From the NCBI GenBank assembly GCA_963781885.1, contig CAWAHW010000002.1:384001-448000 (forward strand): DNA of 64,000 nucleotides, in the 5' to 3' direction. Of the stretch, positions 11,043 to 21,152 are shown piece by piece (position 1 is the first letter of the stretch; each line of letters opens with the position of its first letter). This DNA comes from an uncultured Spirochaetota bacterium (GTDB lineage: Bacteria; Spirochaetota; Spirochaetia; SZUA-6; Fen-1364). The notes beneath the pieces were generated by a model. It was not told the origin of the DNA and did not search any database. It worked only from the letters and a program-made list of their open reading frames with translations. The position numbers and the translations under genes are program-made.

Positions 11043-11969
11043 TTACTTCATGTATTGCTTGTAGTTGTCAAATGTCACGGGCTCGAATGGAATCGCCGTG
11101 AAAGTCGCCACGCTCTGCTTGTTGATGAGCTTGAGGGCAGTCTGCACGGCACCCCGGCCCTGCGCTCCGCCGTTCTGGAACACGGTCATGTCAAGGCGCT
11201 TGTCGGCGATGAACTTCAATGCGTCTGACGTCGCGTCCACGCCGGTGACCACGACCTGGTCCTTCATCTTCTTCTCTTCGAGCACCAGGACGGCGCCGAT
11301 CGCCATCTCGTCATTGTTGGCGATGATCGCGTCGATCTTTTCTCCGCCTGCCAGCCAGTTCTCCACGACGGTCACTGCATCGGGCCGCGCGAAGTTGGCC
11401 GTCTGCTCGCGAACGACCTTCATGCCGGGATATTTCGCGATGACGTCCTTGGTTCCCTGGGTCCTTCCGATCTGCGGCGCGGTTCCCATGGATCCCATGA
11501 GGATGGCGACATTGCCCTTGCCGTTCAGTTTTTTCGCCACGAACTCCGCCTCGAGATTGCCCGCGACGACCTCGGGAGAGGCCACCGCGACGACCTTGCC
11601 GGCGACGAGCGCCGAGTCGTCGGGCTTGCGATTGAAATAGACAAGCGGGATGTTCGCATCGAGGCACATCTTCGTGATGCGCGGAGCGATCGTCTGGTCG
11701 ATGACGTGAATCATGATTGCATCGACGCCCTGCGTGATGAAGTTCTCGATCTGCTTGATCTGCTCGTTCGGATCGCGCTTCCCGTCGGCGGCGATGATGT
11801 CGATGTTGCTTTTCTTCGCCTCGTCCGTGAGCTGGTCAAGAGCATAGCGCATGAAAACATCGTTGAAGTCCTCGATGGTCACTCCCATCTTCAGCTTCTT
11901 TGGCGCCGCAGACGCAACGAGCGGCATCGCGATGAGCGCGATGAGCGCGATGAGAAGAACCTTTCTCAT
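11043..11969 (-). CDS. Sugar ABC transporter substrate-binding protein, probably inositol-binding
   Basis: Signal peptide, QIENFITQGVDA, IPLVYFNR, ANNDEMAIGA, GVDAT, TVFQN; RBS GGAGGAGG. Confidence 0.9.
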   Translation of the reverse strand: MRKVLLIALIALIAMPLVASAAPKKLKMGVTIEDFNDVFMRYALDQLTDEAKKSNIDIIAADGKRDPNEQIKQIENFITQGVDAIMIHVIDQTIAPRITKMCLDANIPLVYFNRKPDDSALVAGKVVAVASPEVVAGNLEAEFVAKKLNGKGNVAILMGSMGTAPQIGRTQGTKDVIAKYPGMKVVREQTANFARPDAVTVVENWLAGGEKIDAIIANNDEMAIGAVLVLEEKKMKDQVVVTGVDATSDALKFIADKRLDMTVFQNGGAQGRGAVQTALKLINKQSVATFTAIPFEPVTFDNYKQYMK

Positions 11970-12005
11970 ACACACACCTCCTCCGAAAGTTTTCCGCGTT
12001 TGCTA

Positions 12006-12019
12006 TGCAAACGCTTGCA
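12006..12019. promoter_or_regulatory. LacI-family operator TGCAAACGCTTGCA
   Basis: Near-palindrome with central CG just upstream of the ABC operon; matches the sites at 14539 and 15722. Confidence 0.7.
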
Positions 12020-12265
12020 GACAAAGACGCGTGCCGTAGCACGTGCCCCTAGTATTACTTGCACCAAATGACAGTTGTCAAGGCCGATTTTTCGAAAGTT
12101 TCGATTTTTCGCAAGTTGGCTGTACCTGCCAAGTCCTGTCTGTCCGGGAGAGAATAGTCAAAATTACACCGATATTGCTAAATTAGACGGCAAAACGTAA
12201 CCTGTCCGCCGGCTCCAGGCCGCGCCTGATCGCGCGACCAACGGCAAAACGCATCTCGATGATTG

Positions 12266-13288
12266 CTACCTCCCGAGCTGGACAATTCTCCCGTTCCTGA
12301 CCGCGTCCGTGGCCGCGCATGCCCATTCCACGGCTTTGTATCCGTCCTCCAGTCCCACAAAAGGCTGTCTGTCCTCGATGATGCAATTGCAGAAATCCTG
12401 CATCTCCGCGAGGAAGGTCGGCTCCCAATATTCAAAGAACCACTCCGCGCATTTCACGACCACTCCGTCCGCATTCATATAGGTCACGCGATCCCTGACC
12501 GGTGTCGTGCCCACGCGGATGCAGCCGTTGCTGCCATACACCTCGGTCTCGACGTGGTAGCCATAGGAGCAGTTCCTGCTCGTCTCGATCTGCCCGATGA
12601 CGCCGTTTTCGAACTGCGTGAGAACCGCGCAGTTGTCGATGTCTCCCACCGCCTTCAGTCCGTCATAGACGAATACGCCCCCGAGGCCGTAAACGCTCTT
12701 CGCCTCCGAGCCAATCAGCCAGCGCGCGCAGTCGAAATCGTGGGTCAGCATGTCCATGACCAGCCCGCCGCTGGTCGGGCTGAACTTGATGATGAACTCC
12801 GCCATGGATGCCGGGTCCCGGTTGATCATTCTCACCTGGATCGGTTTTCCGATGAAACCCTTGTCAATTTCCCTCTTCGCGCGCTGGAGCGACTTGTCGA
12901 AGCGACGGTTGTACCCGACCTGCAGCTTCATGCCGGTGTTGGCATCGACGGCAGCCTTGATTTTGCGGATTTCCTCGATGCTCATTCCGATCGGCTTTTC
13001 CGTGTAGACGTTCTTTCTCCCGATCTGCGCCGCTTCGCAGATCATTGCGGCATGTTGCGGGGAGGATGAGGCGATGACGATTCCATCAAGGTCGGGATTC
13101 TCCAGCACCTCCCGATAATTCCCCGTCGCCAGCTTCGGGCCCATCTCCGCTGATACGGAATCCAGCTCTTGCGGGACGATGCTGCAGACGGCCGTCACCT
13201 CCGCGCCGGGAATTCTGTCATGGATGTTTTCCGCGTGCTTGCGGCCCAACCGGCCCAACCCGATGACTCCCAATCTCACCTTGTCCAT
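12266..13288 (-). CDS. Gfo/Idh/MocA oxidoreductase, inositol dehydrogenase-like (IolG paralogue)
   Basis: GLGRLG, EKPI, GYNRRFD, RDP, DMLTHDFD, SRNCSYGY. Confidence 0.85.
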   Translation of the reverse strand: MDKVRLGVIGLGRLGRKHAENIHDRIPGAEVTAVCSIVPQELDSVSAEMGPKLATGNYREVLENPDLDGIVIASSSPQHAAMICEAAQIGRKNVYTEKPIGMSIEEIRKIKAAVDANTGMKLQVGYNRRFDKSLQRAKREIDKGFIGKPIQVRMINRDPASMAEFIIKFSPTSGGLVMDMLTHDFDCARWLIGSEAKSVYGLGGVFVYDGLKAVGDIDNCAVLTQFENGVIGQIETSRNCSYGYHVETEVYGSNGCIRVGTTPVRDRVTYMNADGVVVKCAEWFFEYWEPTFLAEMQDFCNCIIEDRQPFVGLEDGYKAVEWACAATDAVRNGRIVQLGR

Positions 13289-13394
13289 GGCCAGCTCCTG
13301 TTGCCGTCCACCGCGCGATCTGGCGGCCCGGGCCGCGTTTTCCCGCGCGCGGCGGGGCGACGATTGATTGTGGCGCCGCGGCTGCGGCCTCTCG

Positions 13395-14444
13395 TCAGAT
13401 ATTCAACATCACTTTGAAAGCGTGCTCCTTGTCATGTGTCGCCAGCTCGAACGCCTCGTGGATTCTTTCGAGCGGGAAATGGTGCGTGTTGAGCGCGGCA
13501 AAATCATACGTTGTGCGGACGCGATCCATGAACCGGATGGTTCGCTGGGCGAAGTTTTTCGTGCCTCCGGCGCCGGAGATCGCCAGGGTCCTCCAGATGG
13601 TCTTTCCGATCTCCACGGGGACCTTTCTCCCGATCGAATGGCCGATGAGGCGGACCCTTGCACCGTGGCCGCTGATATCGAAAAGAGACGCAATGGCCGC
13701 GTCGTTTCCCGAGCACTCGACAACCACCGTTCCCATCCGTCCGTCCGTGAGCTCTTCGATTTTTCTCACCAGCCGGTCCCCCGGGTCGATCACGTGCTCG
13801 GCGCCGTATTTCGTGGCACGTTCCCTCCGCGTTGGGATTGGATCCACCACGATGGTTTTCGCGCCGGACGTCCGCGCGACCATGCACGCCGAAAGGCCGA
13901 CCGGGCCGGCGCCCAGGATGACCGCGGTATCCGCGGCATCGATGTATCCGCCGTTGCCCCAGATTCCGAAATAACCGATGGAGAAGGTCTCCACCCAGCC
14001 CGCGTCCTCGAAGCCCCACCCGTCAGGCACGCGGTGGAGGTACTGCTCCTCGATGACCATGTACTCCGCCATTCCCCCGGGCGAGTCCGGACGAAACCCC
14101 GCCTCCCGCATGTTGAGACAGGCCGACGGCATCAGCCCCTCCTGGCAGTTGCGGCATACGCCGCACTGCATCACGCAATCGCCGGTCACCTTGTACCCCG
14201 GCCGCATGCTGCGCACCTCGCTGCCGATTTCGACGACCTGCCCTCCCCATTCATGGCCGGGCGTGTAGGGGCCGAGATCGTATCGACCTTCCTTCGAGTT
14301 GCCTTCAAGGCACTCGATATCCGATCCGCATATCCCGCACGCTCCTACCTTCACGAGCACCTTGTGTGCCTTCAGGGCCGGCACGTCGACTTCCACGATC
14401 CGCAGGTCGTGTGGCCCGTAGAAAAACGCGGTTTTTGACTTCAT
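13395..14444 (-). CDS. Zn-dependent MDR dehydrogenase (polyol/cyclitol)
   Basis: CGICGSD, GHEWGG, CGVCRNC...C structural Zn site, GAGPVG. Start at MKSKTAFF after a purine-rich RBS. Confidence 0.88.
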   Translation of the reverse strand: MKSKTAFFYGPHDLRIVEVDVPALKAHKVLVKVGACGICGSDIECLEGNSKEGRYDLGPYTPGHEWGGQVVEIGSEVRSMRPGYKVTGDCVMQCGVCRNCQEGLMPSACLNMREAGFRPDSPGGMAEYMVIEEQYLHRVPDGWGFEDAGWVETFSIGYFGIWGNGGYIDAADTAVILGAGPVGLSACMVARTSGAKTIVVDPIPTRRERATKYGAEHVIDPGDRLVRKIEELTDGRMGTVVVECSGNDAAIASLFDISGHGARVRLIGHSIGRKVPVEIGKTIWRTLAISGAGGTKNFAQRTIRFMDRVRTTYDFAALNTHHFPLERIHEAFELATHDKEHAFKVMLNI

Positions 14445-14528
14445 TTTCTCCCCCCGCCAAAATGAAGCAGCCATTTCCGGGAACTGTCAATCCTCGCGAT
14501 TCGCAGTTTTCCTTGGGGTGCCAACTGG

Positions 14529-14552
14529 TTGACATGGCTGTAAACGTTTGCC
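14529..14552. promoter_or_regulatory. TTGACA -35 box and LacI operator TGTAAACGTTTGCC in the dehydrogenase/lacI divergent region
   Basis: Operator at 14539-14552 lies just after TTGACA (14529-14534), an autoregulation geometry. Confidence 0.6.
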
Positions 14553-14579
14553 AAGATGTAGCGACACGCGGAGCCAGCA

Positions 14580-15608
14580 TTGAAGGTGACGATCAAAGAC
14601 ATCGCTCGAGAAGCGCATGTTTCCTACGCGACTGTTTCGCGCGCCTTCAGCAAGACCTGCAGTGTCAAGCCTGAGACGAGGACGAGGATCCTCGAAATCG
14701 CCAAACGCCTCAATTACACCCCGAATGGACTGGCGCGGGGTCTGGTCCTGAAGCAGACGAAAACCATCGGTCTGATCATTCCCGACATTACCAACCCCTT
14801 TTTCCCGGAGGTTGCGCACGGCATAGAAGAGGGAGCCAAGGAGGAGGGGTACAGCATCTTCCTCTGCAACACGAACTGGGAGCATGAAAGCGAATCGCAG
14901 TATGTCAGGCTCCTGGCGGAAAAGAGGGTCGATGGGCTCATCATTGCGTCGGTCTTCAAGGCTCCGGATCCCGAGCAGGAAGCCCTGTTCGAATCCATTC
15001 CCGTCGTGTATGTGGACAGGCCGCCTCATTCCACCCGGTGGAGCTACGTCGTGATCGACAACGTCCGGGGCGGTTTCATCGCAACAAAGCACCTTATTGA
15101 AGCGGGATATCGTACCATCGGTTTTATCGGGGCCGTCGAGCAGTCGCTGCCCATCGATGAGCGCCTGCAAGGATACCGCATGGCCATGGAGCGTTACGGC
15201 ATTCCGATCGACGAGCGCTACATCAAGATCGGTCATTTCAAGCAGGAATCCGGCGTCGCGTTCATCCAGGAGATGATCCGGCAGCATGACTATCCCCGCG
15301 CCGTCTTCGCGGAAAATGACGTCGTCGCGCTCGGCGTGATCCAGGGCGTGCGGGAGATGGGGCTCTCCGTGCCGGGGGACATCGCGGTTGTCGGCTTCGA
15401 CGACATTCCCATCGCCTCCTACCAGTTCATTCAATTGACCACCGTCTTGCAGCCGAAATACGACATGGGCAAGGCCGCGGTGAAGATCCTTCTTGAAGAG
15501 ATCGCCCGTCGATCCGAGTCGAAGGCACATCCGGAGAAAGAGGGCGATGGCCGCAGGGTCTTGATTCTCGAGCCCCAGCTCATTGTGCGCAAGACGAGTG
15601 TGGCATGA
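14580..15608 (+). CDS. LacI family transcriptional regulator
   Basis: TIKDIAREAHVSYATVSRA HTH, YTPNGLARGL hinge, VVGFDD, LTTV; TTG start. Confidence 0.93.
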   Translation: MKVTIKDIAREAHVSYATVSRAFSKTCSVKPETRTRILEIAKRLNYTPNGLARGLVLKQTKTIGLIIPDITNPFFPEVAHGIEEGAKEEGYSIFLCNTNWEHESESQYVRLLAEKRVDGLIIASVFKAPDPEQEALFESIPVVYVDRPPHSTRWSYVVIDNVRGGFIATKHLIEAGYRTIGFIGAVEQSLPIDERLQGYRMAMERYGIPIDERYIKIGHFKQESGVAFIQEMIRQHDYPRAVFAENDVVALGVIQGVREMGLSVPGDIAVVGFDDIPIASYQFIQLTTVLQPKYDMGKAAVKILLEEIARRSESKAHPEKEGDGRRVLILEPQLIVRKTSVA

Positions 15609-15676
15609 TTTTCCCGGGGGCATGGCTCCGTCCCACGTGGTCGGTGCAGGCGCGAGAAAGCTCCCTTGCGAAGCCC

Positions 15677-15735
15677 TTGACAAAATGGCAGATACGTTTA
15701 GAGTCTGGTTGAGATTTTTACTGCAAACGTTTGCA
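15677..15735 (+). promoter_or_regulatory. Promoter (TTGACA-16 bp-TAGAGT) followed by perfect LacI operator TGCAAACGTTTGCA (15722-15735)
   Basis: Perfect 14-bp palindrome between the promoter and the iolM RBS. Confidence 0.75.
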
Positions 15736-15764
15736 ACAATCAACGGAGAGGAGGATAGAGATCA

Positions 15765-16970
15765 ATGGCAGAGACGAAAATGAGGGCAGTACGCCTTCAC
15801 GCGGATTGGCAGCCGAAGCCTGATTTCAAGCTCGGCGCCAAGGACATCGACCACAAGCAGACATACCTTGGCAGCAGGGTGTGGCGGAATGCGAAGATAG
15901 TCATCGAGGACGTTCCCATCCCCAAGCCGGGACCCAAGGAAGTTCTCATCGAGGTGAAGCAGTGCGGCATCTGCGGCAGCGACGTGCACATGGCGCAGAT
16001 GGACAACGACGGGTACATCTTCTACCCCGGCCTCACTGGTTTTCCCTGCACCCTCGGACACGAGCTTGCCGGCATCGTTCGGGACTCGGGCCCGGGCGCT
16101 CTGGACAAGGTGACGAACAAGCCCTTCAAGGGTGGAGAGCTTGTCTGCACGGAAGAGATGCTTTGGTGCGGCTCGTGCACGCCCTGCGCGGACGGGTTCC
16201 CGAACCACTGCGAGCGGCTCGACGAGATCGGCTTCAACGTGAACGGCGGGTTTGCGAAATACCTGGTGGTGCCGGACCGGACCATCTGGAGCCTTGATCC
16301 GCTTCGCGCGGATCATTCGGAGCAGGACACATTCCGCCTTGGAAGCATGGTGGAGCCGTGCAGCGTCGCCTACACGGGCGTGATCGTCAGGGGCGGCGGG
16401 ATCCGGCCGGGCGACAACGTCGTGATCTGCGGCTCGGGCCCCGTGGGCCTGGCTGCCATCGCCATTCTCAAGCGCGCCGGCGGCGCAAAGGTCATCCTTT
16501 CGGAGCCGGAGCCCGCGCGCGCGGCCGTTGCAAAGAAGCTGGGCGCCGACGAGGTGATCAACCCTCTGAAGGAAAACCTGAAAGAACGCGTGATGGAAAT
16601 CACGCACGGCATGGGCGCGAAGCTCTACCTTGAAGCCACCGGGCTTCCCACGGTCGTCTATCCCCAGATCGAGGCCTGCATCTGGGAAGGCCGCGCGCTG
16701 AACGCCACGGTGGTGATCGTCGCGCGCGCCGATGCGAAGATACCGGTCACCGGTGAGGTCCTGCAGGTGCGCCGCGCCCAGATCGTGGGCACGCAGGGGC
16801 ACTCGGGCGACGGCACATTCCCGCACGTCATCCAGATGATGGCCAACGGCATGAACATGCTGCCCATGCTCACCAAGGAAGTGAAGCTGGACCAGGTGCC
16901 TGCGGACATCGTGGCCCTGCGCACGGACAAGAAGGAATCCAAGATCAGCTGCGTGAATCCCGGACAGTAG
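15765..16970 (+). CDS. iolM: scyllo-inosose 3-dehydrogenase
   Basis: Full-length resemblance to recalled Thermotoga maritima IolM/TM0412 (MRAVRLHA.W.P.P.FKLG.KDI, GYIFYPGLTGFP, EEMLWCG.C.PCA.GFPNHCE, QVRRAQIVG.QGHSG.GTFP). Confidence 0.9.
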   Translation: MAETKMRAVRLHADWQPKPDFKLGAKDIDHKQTYLGSRVWRNAKIVIEDVPIPKPGPKEVLIEVKQCGICGSDVHMAQMDNDGYIFYPGLTGFPCTLGHELAGIVRDSGPGALDKVTNKPFKGGELVCTEEMLWCGSCTPCADGFPNHCERLDEIGFNVNGGFAKYLVVPDRTIWSLDPLRADHSEQDTFRLGSMVEPCSVAYTGVIVRGGGIRPGDNVVICGSGPVGLAAIAILKRAGGAKVILSEPEPARAAVAKKLGADEVINPLKENLKERVMEITHGMGAKLYLEATGLPTVVYPQIEACIWEGRALNATVVIVARADAKIPVTGEVLQVRRAQIVGTQGHSGDGTFPHVIQMMANGMNMLPMLTKEVKLDQVPADIVALRTDKKESKISCVNPGQ

Positions 16971-16982
16971 GCGGAGGAAAAC

Positions 16983-18110
16983 ATGGCGATAAAAGCGGGC
17001 AATGTTCCGAACTTTCTCACAACAGATTATCCCCACATCATCTTCGAGGATAGCGAGGTCGGCAGGCTGAAGAAGAAGATCTTCGACGCCCCCATGTCGG
17101 AGATCGATGCGATCCTCAAGGAATACGAGGTCCCGTCGCCGTCCGAGCTGGGCAAGCCGGGCGCCTACATCCAGAACACGCCGCGGGCGCGGCAGAATGA
17201 AAAGCGCCGCACGTGTGACCTCGTCTTCATACCCGTCGGCACGACGGAGAATCACGGCGATCATTCCAACAGCGGTCTGGACAACTTCATGGTCACGCAG
17301 ATCTGCGAGGCGGTGCGCCGCTACTCCGCGAAGAAGGGGCGGGAGATCAGCCTCGCGGCGCCCCCGCTGAACTACGGCGGTCACCCGTACCATCACCTGG
17401 GCATGCCGGGCACCATCATGGTGGCCCAGGAAGTCGTGGTGGAGAACCTCATCTGGGTGATGCTGGGGCTGTGGAATGACGGCTACCGCAAGCAGATCAT
17501 CATCAACAACCACGGCCAGCTCTGGATGCTGGAAACGGCGCTGCACGAGTTCCTGAAGCGCTTCCAGCTGCCGGGCATCTTCCAGGTGCTCGACTGGCAC
17601 AGGGCCGTGCGGGAGTTCTGGATCCCCATCGACAGGCAGGATTCGCTTGAGACCACATTCATCCATGCGGATGAGAGTGAGACCTCGGTAGGCCTGCTCA
17701 TGTTCCCCGAGATGATCGACATGAAGTACGTGAAGGACTCCTGGGGACCCAGCTTCCTTCCCGACGGGCACTTCGACAAGTCGGTGGATCCGTGGAGGCG
17801 GCCGCATCGCTGGTCGGAAGGGGAAGGCCAGTCGGCCATCGAGCGCAAGGGAACACCGGAAGGCGTGGTGGGCGAGCCGTCCCGCTCGACCGCGGCAAAG
17901 GCGAAACGGCCCATCGCGGCGATCCTGTCGTACCTGACCCTGACGGTGAACCAGATCATGGACGCGTTCCCGTCGGGCAAGCTCCCGCCGATCGACAAGA
18001 TCACGCTGCGCGACCCCAAGGAGCTGGAACCGTTCCTCAAGGAACCGTTCAGCCCGGGCTGGAAGTCGGTCTTCGAGCTGCCCTACATCGGGCCGTTCAC
18101 AAAAGGCTGA
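16983..18110 (+). CDS. iolN: 3-dehydro-scyllo-inosose hydrolase (creatininase family)
   Basis: PVGTTENHG.H...GLD, NNHG and HADESETS creatininase metal motifs; directly after iolM, as in Thermotoga. Confidence 0.85.
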   Translation: MAIKAGNVPNFLTTDYPHIIFEDSEVGRLKKKIFDAPMSEIDAILKEYEVPSPSELGKPGAYIQNTPRARQNEKRRTCDLVFIPVGTTENHGDHSNSGLDNFMVTQICEAVRRYSAKKGREISLAAPPLNYGGHPYHHLGMPGTIMVAQEVVVENLIWVMLGLWNDGYRKQIIINNHGQLWMLETALHEFLKRFQLPGIFQVLDWHRAVREFWIPIDRQDSLETTFIHADESETSVGLLMFPEMIDMKYVKDSWGPSFLPDGHFDKSVDPWRRPHRWSEGEGQSAIERKGTPEGVVGEPSRSTAAKAKRPIAAILSYLTLTVNQIMDAFPSGKLPPIDKITLRDPKELEPFLKEPFSPGWKSVFELPYIGPFTKG

Positions 18111-18121
18111 GAGGCACGTCA

Positions 18122-19139
18122 GTGAATAGAAAAATCGGAGTGGGAGTGATCGGCGCGGGGAGGATCGGGCGTCTGCACACGGAAAACCTCGCCCATCGCA
18201 TCCCCGAGGCCCGCCTGGTGGCGGTCACCGATGTTGCTATGGAGGCCGCGCAGAAATGCGCGGCCGACTTCGGGTATCCCCACCGTGGAGAAGGACTACC
18301 TTGCGCTCCTTGCGAACAAGGAGATCGACGCGGTCCTGATCTGCTCGAGCACCGACACACACGCGCAGATCATGATGGACGCGGCCGCGAAGGGGAAGCA
18401 CATTTTCTGCGAGAAGCCGATCGCACTGGACCTGCCGACGATCGACAACGCGCTGGAGGCCGTGCGCAAAGCCGGCGTGAAGCTGCAGATCGGCTTCAAC
18501 CGTCGCTTCGACGCCAACAATCTCAGGATCCGCAAGCTGGTGCAGGAGGGAGCCGTCGGAGACGTCCACATCCTGCGCATCTCCAGCCGGGACCCGGGAC
18601 CCCCGCCGATGGCGTACGTGAAGGTGTCCGGCGGGATCTTCTGCGACATGACCATTCATGACTTCGACACCGCGCGCTACCTGATCGGCAGCGAGGTGGA
18701 GGAGGTCTACACGCTGGCCGCGGTCCGGGTCGATCCCGACATCGGCGCGGCGGGAGACCTCGACACCGCAATCGTGACCCTGAAGTTCGCCAATGGCGTC
18801 ATCGGCGCCATCGACAACAGCCGCAAGGCCGTCTACGGGTATGACCAGCGGGCCGAGGTTTTCGGCTCAAAGGGCATGGTGCAGGCGGAGAACCTCACCC
18901 CGACCGCCACGCGGGTGAGCGGGTCCGAGGGAGTGACCGGCGACAAGCCGCTGTTCTTTTTCCTGGAGCGCTACATGGATTCCTACTGCCTGGAGATGCG
19001 GGAGTTCATCAAGTGCCTGCAGGAGGGAACGGAGCCGAAGGCAACCGGGTACGACGGCAGGGTGTCGGTGCAGATCGCCAAGGCTGCCCGGCTCTCGTAC
19101 GACAAGAAGAGACCGGTCAAGGTTTCCGAGATAGGCTGA
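18122..19139 (+). CDS. iolG: myo-inositol 2-dehydrogenase, frameshift at ~18272-18274
   Basis: GTG start VNRKIGVGVIGAGRIGRLH. Removing one G joins it to CEKPIA, GFNRRFD, SRDP, DMTIHDFD, YGYDQRAEVFGSKG, FFLERY. Confidence 0.88.
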
Positions 19140-19180
19140 AGGCCGCGGTACATTCCGCGGCCGCGGCCGAGGAAGAGCTC

Positions 19181-19990
19181 ATGGCAAGCCCCCGTTTTGC
19201 GTTGTCATTCCAGACCGCGCTGCCCGACGATTTCTCGGCGGATGCGGGTTTTCGGTCCCTCCTCGGCGCGCTGCGTGATCTGGGCTTCTGGGGCGTCGAG
19301 CTCAATGTCGGCGACCCGCGCGGCATCCGGCCCGAGACGGTCAAGAGCTTCCTGGCCGGGTTCGGCCTGGAGCTGTCGATGCTCGCGACCGGATTGACCG
19401 CCAAGCGTTTTGGCCTGTCCCTCTCCGATCCCGACGAGGATGTGCGGCGGCGCTCGGTGGCCATGTGCCGGGAGATGATCGACTGGGCGGCCGCCTTTCG
19501 CGCCGGGCTCATCATCGGGTTTCTCAAGGGCGGAGTCTCCCCGGACCTCGCCGGGGCGCGGTCGCGATTCCGGGAGTCACTCGTCCAGGTGATCCCTGCC
19601 GCTGCCGCACGATCCACGCCGGTGCTCGTCGAAGCCACAAACCGCTACGAATCGTCGGTGGCAAACACGCTGGAGGACACCGTCGGGCTCCTTGAAGGGC
19701 TGGACCCCGCCCACGCCTGCGTGCTTCCCGACACGTTCCACATGAACATCGAAGAGGCCGACATGCTCGGAAGCCTCACGAAATGGAAGTCCCGGTTCGT
19801 GTCGCTCCATCTCTCCGACAACAATCGCCGCTACCCGGGCTTCGGCGCCATCGACTTCTCCCGCATCATCCGGCACCTGAAAGACATGGGCTATGCGGGA
19901 CGGCTTGCCATTGAAGGCAACTCGGGGGGGAACCTCGTGGAGGAGCTGCGGCGGTCAATGAAACTCCTCGCGCCGCTTCTTGCTGTCTGA
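19181..19990 (+). CDS. iolO: Sugar phosphate isomerase/epimerase, 5-keto-L-gluconate epimerase-like
   Basis: GLSLSDPD, EATNRYE, DTFHMNIEE, HLSDNNRRYPG.G motifs as in recalled TM0416; operon context. Confidence 0.72.
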   Translation: MASPRFALSFQTALPDDFSADAGFRSLLGALRDLGFWGVELNVGDPRGIRPETVKSFLAGFGLELSMLATGLTAKRFGLSLSDPDEDVRRRSVAMCREMIDWAAAFRAGLIIGFLKGGVSPDLAGARSRFRESLVQVIPAAAARSTPVLVEATNRYESSVANTLEDTVGLLEGLDPAHACVLPDTFHMNIEEADMLGSLTKWKSRFVSLHLSDNNRRYPGFGAIDFSRIIRHLKDMGYAGRLAIEGNSGGNLVEELRRSMKLLAPLLAV

Positions 19991-19992
19991 CC

Positions 19993-21083
19993 ATGCCGGG
20001 ACAGGAGCCTGAAAGCAAGCTTCACCTGATGACGCGCACGACGCCCACCGCCTTGTGGAACGACTCCTGCTCCCTGGCGGAGCTGCGGGCCTCCATTGAC
20101 GGCAATGGCGCGGTGGGCGCGACGTGCAATCCCTCCATCGTGCTCAACGTGGTGAAGAAGGAGATGCAGGCCAGCCGGGATTCCATCCGCAGGCTGATCC
20201 GGGAAATGCCGGCGGCCACCGAGCGCGAGATTGCCTGGCGGCTCGTGGAAGAAATGTCAGTCGCCGCCGCAGCGCTGCTCCAGCCGATCTTCGCGGCAGG
20301 ATCGGGCCGGGACGGCCGCCTGTCCATTCAGACCGACCCGGCGCTCTTCCGCGACCCGGCGGCGATCCTCGCGCAAACGCTCCACTTCCAGACTCTGGCT
20401 CCCAACATGATCGTGAAGATCCCGCGACGAACGCGGGTATCGCGGCCATGGAAGAGGCGACCTGCCGCGGCGTGAGCATCAACGCCACGGTGAGCTTCAC
20501 CTTGCCGCAGGCGATCGCCGTCGCGGAAGCCGTCGAGCGCGGGCTCACCCGCCGGCAGAAGCAAGGCCTGGACGTATCCCGCATGGGCCCGGTCTGCACG
20601 CTCATGGTAGGAAGGCTGGACGACTGGCTGAGGGTCGTCGCGGAACGGGACAATGTGATCGCCAATCCTGACGTCTTCGACTGGGCGGGCGTGGCAGTCT
20701 TCAAGAAGGCGTACGCCATCTATAGGGAGCGCGGCTACCGGCTGCGGCTTCTCTCCGCCGCCTTCCGCAACCACCGGCATTGGTCCGAGCTGATCGGGGG
20801 AGACCTGATCATCTCACCCCCTTATGAATGGCAGCTGCGCTACAATGCCTCAGACGTGGACGTGCGGCCGCGCATCGGCGAGCAGGTGGACGCAGCCGTC
20901 CTTCGGGAGCTTGAAGCGAAGTTCGAGGACTTTCACAAGGCGTGGGACGAGACGGGCATGCAGAAGGAACAATTCGATTCCTACGGGCCCACACTGCGAA
21001 CCCTGCGCCAGTTTTCCCAGGCGGTCGACAGTCTTGTTTCCATCGTCCGCGACCAGCTCATCCCGAACCCCGACGTGCGCTGA
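19993..21083 (+). CDS. Transaldolase family protein, frameshift at ~20421-20423
   Basis: WNDS, GATCNPS, NMIVK(Schiff base)IP, INATVSF, VGRLDD. Adding one C restores KIPATNAG. Confidence 0.82.
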
Positions 21084-21120
21084 CCGGCCCGCTGCCGCAG
21101 CCGGTCACCTTTCATCCGCC

Positions 21121-21141
21121 GGCCGGGCGCAAGGCCCGGCC
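21121..21141. terminator. Hairpin between the convergent transaldolase and SPFH genes
   Basis: GGCCGGGC-GCAAG-GCCCGGCC perfect stem; no U-tract. Confidence 0.4.
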
Positions 21142-21152
21142 TGCTCAGGACC

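Noticed and set aside
12188-12252. Direct repeat ACGGCAAAACG (twice) downstream of the IolG paralogue
   Set aside because: Only two short copies with no further structure; could be weak operator half-sites or chance.
15762-17807. Long antisense ORFs (681 aa here; also 25672-27594, 44981-46432 and others)
   Set aside because: Shadow ORFs opposite well-supported genes, expected with high-GC codon bias; no recognisable motifs.
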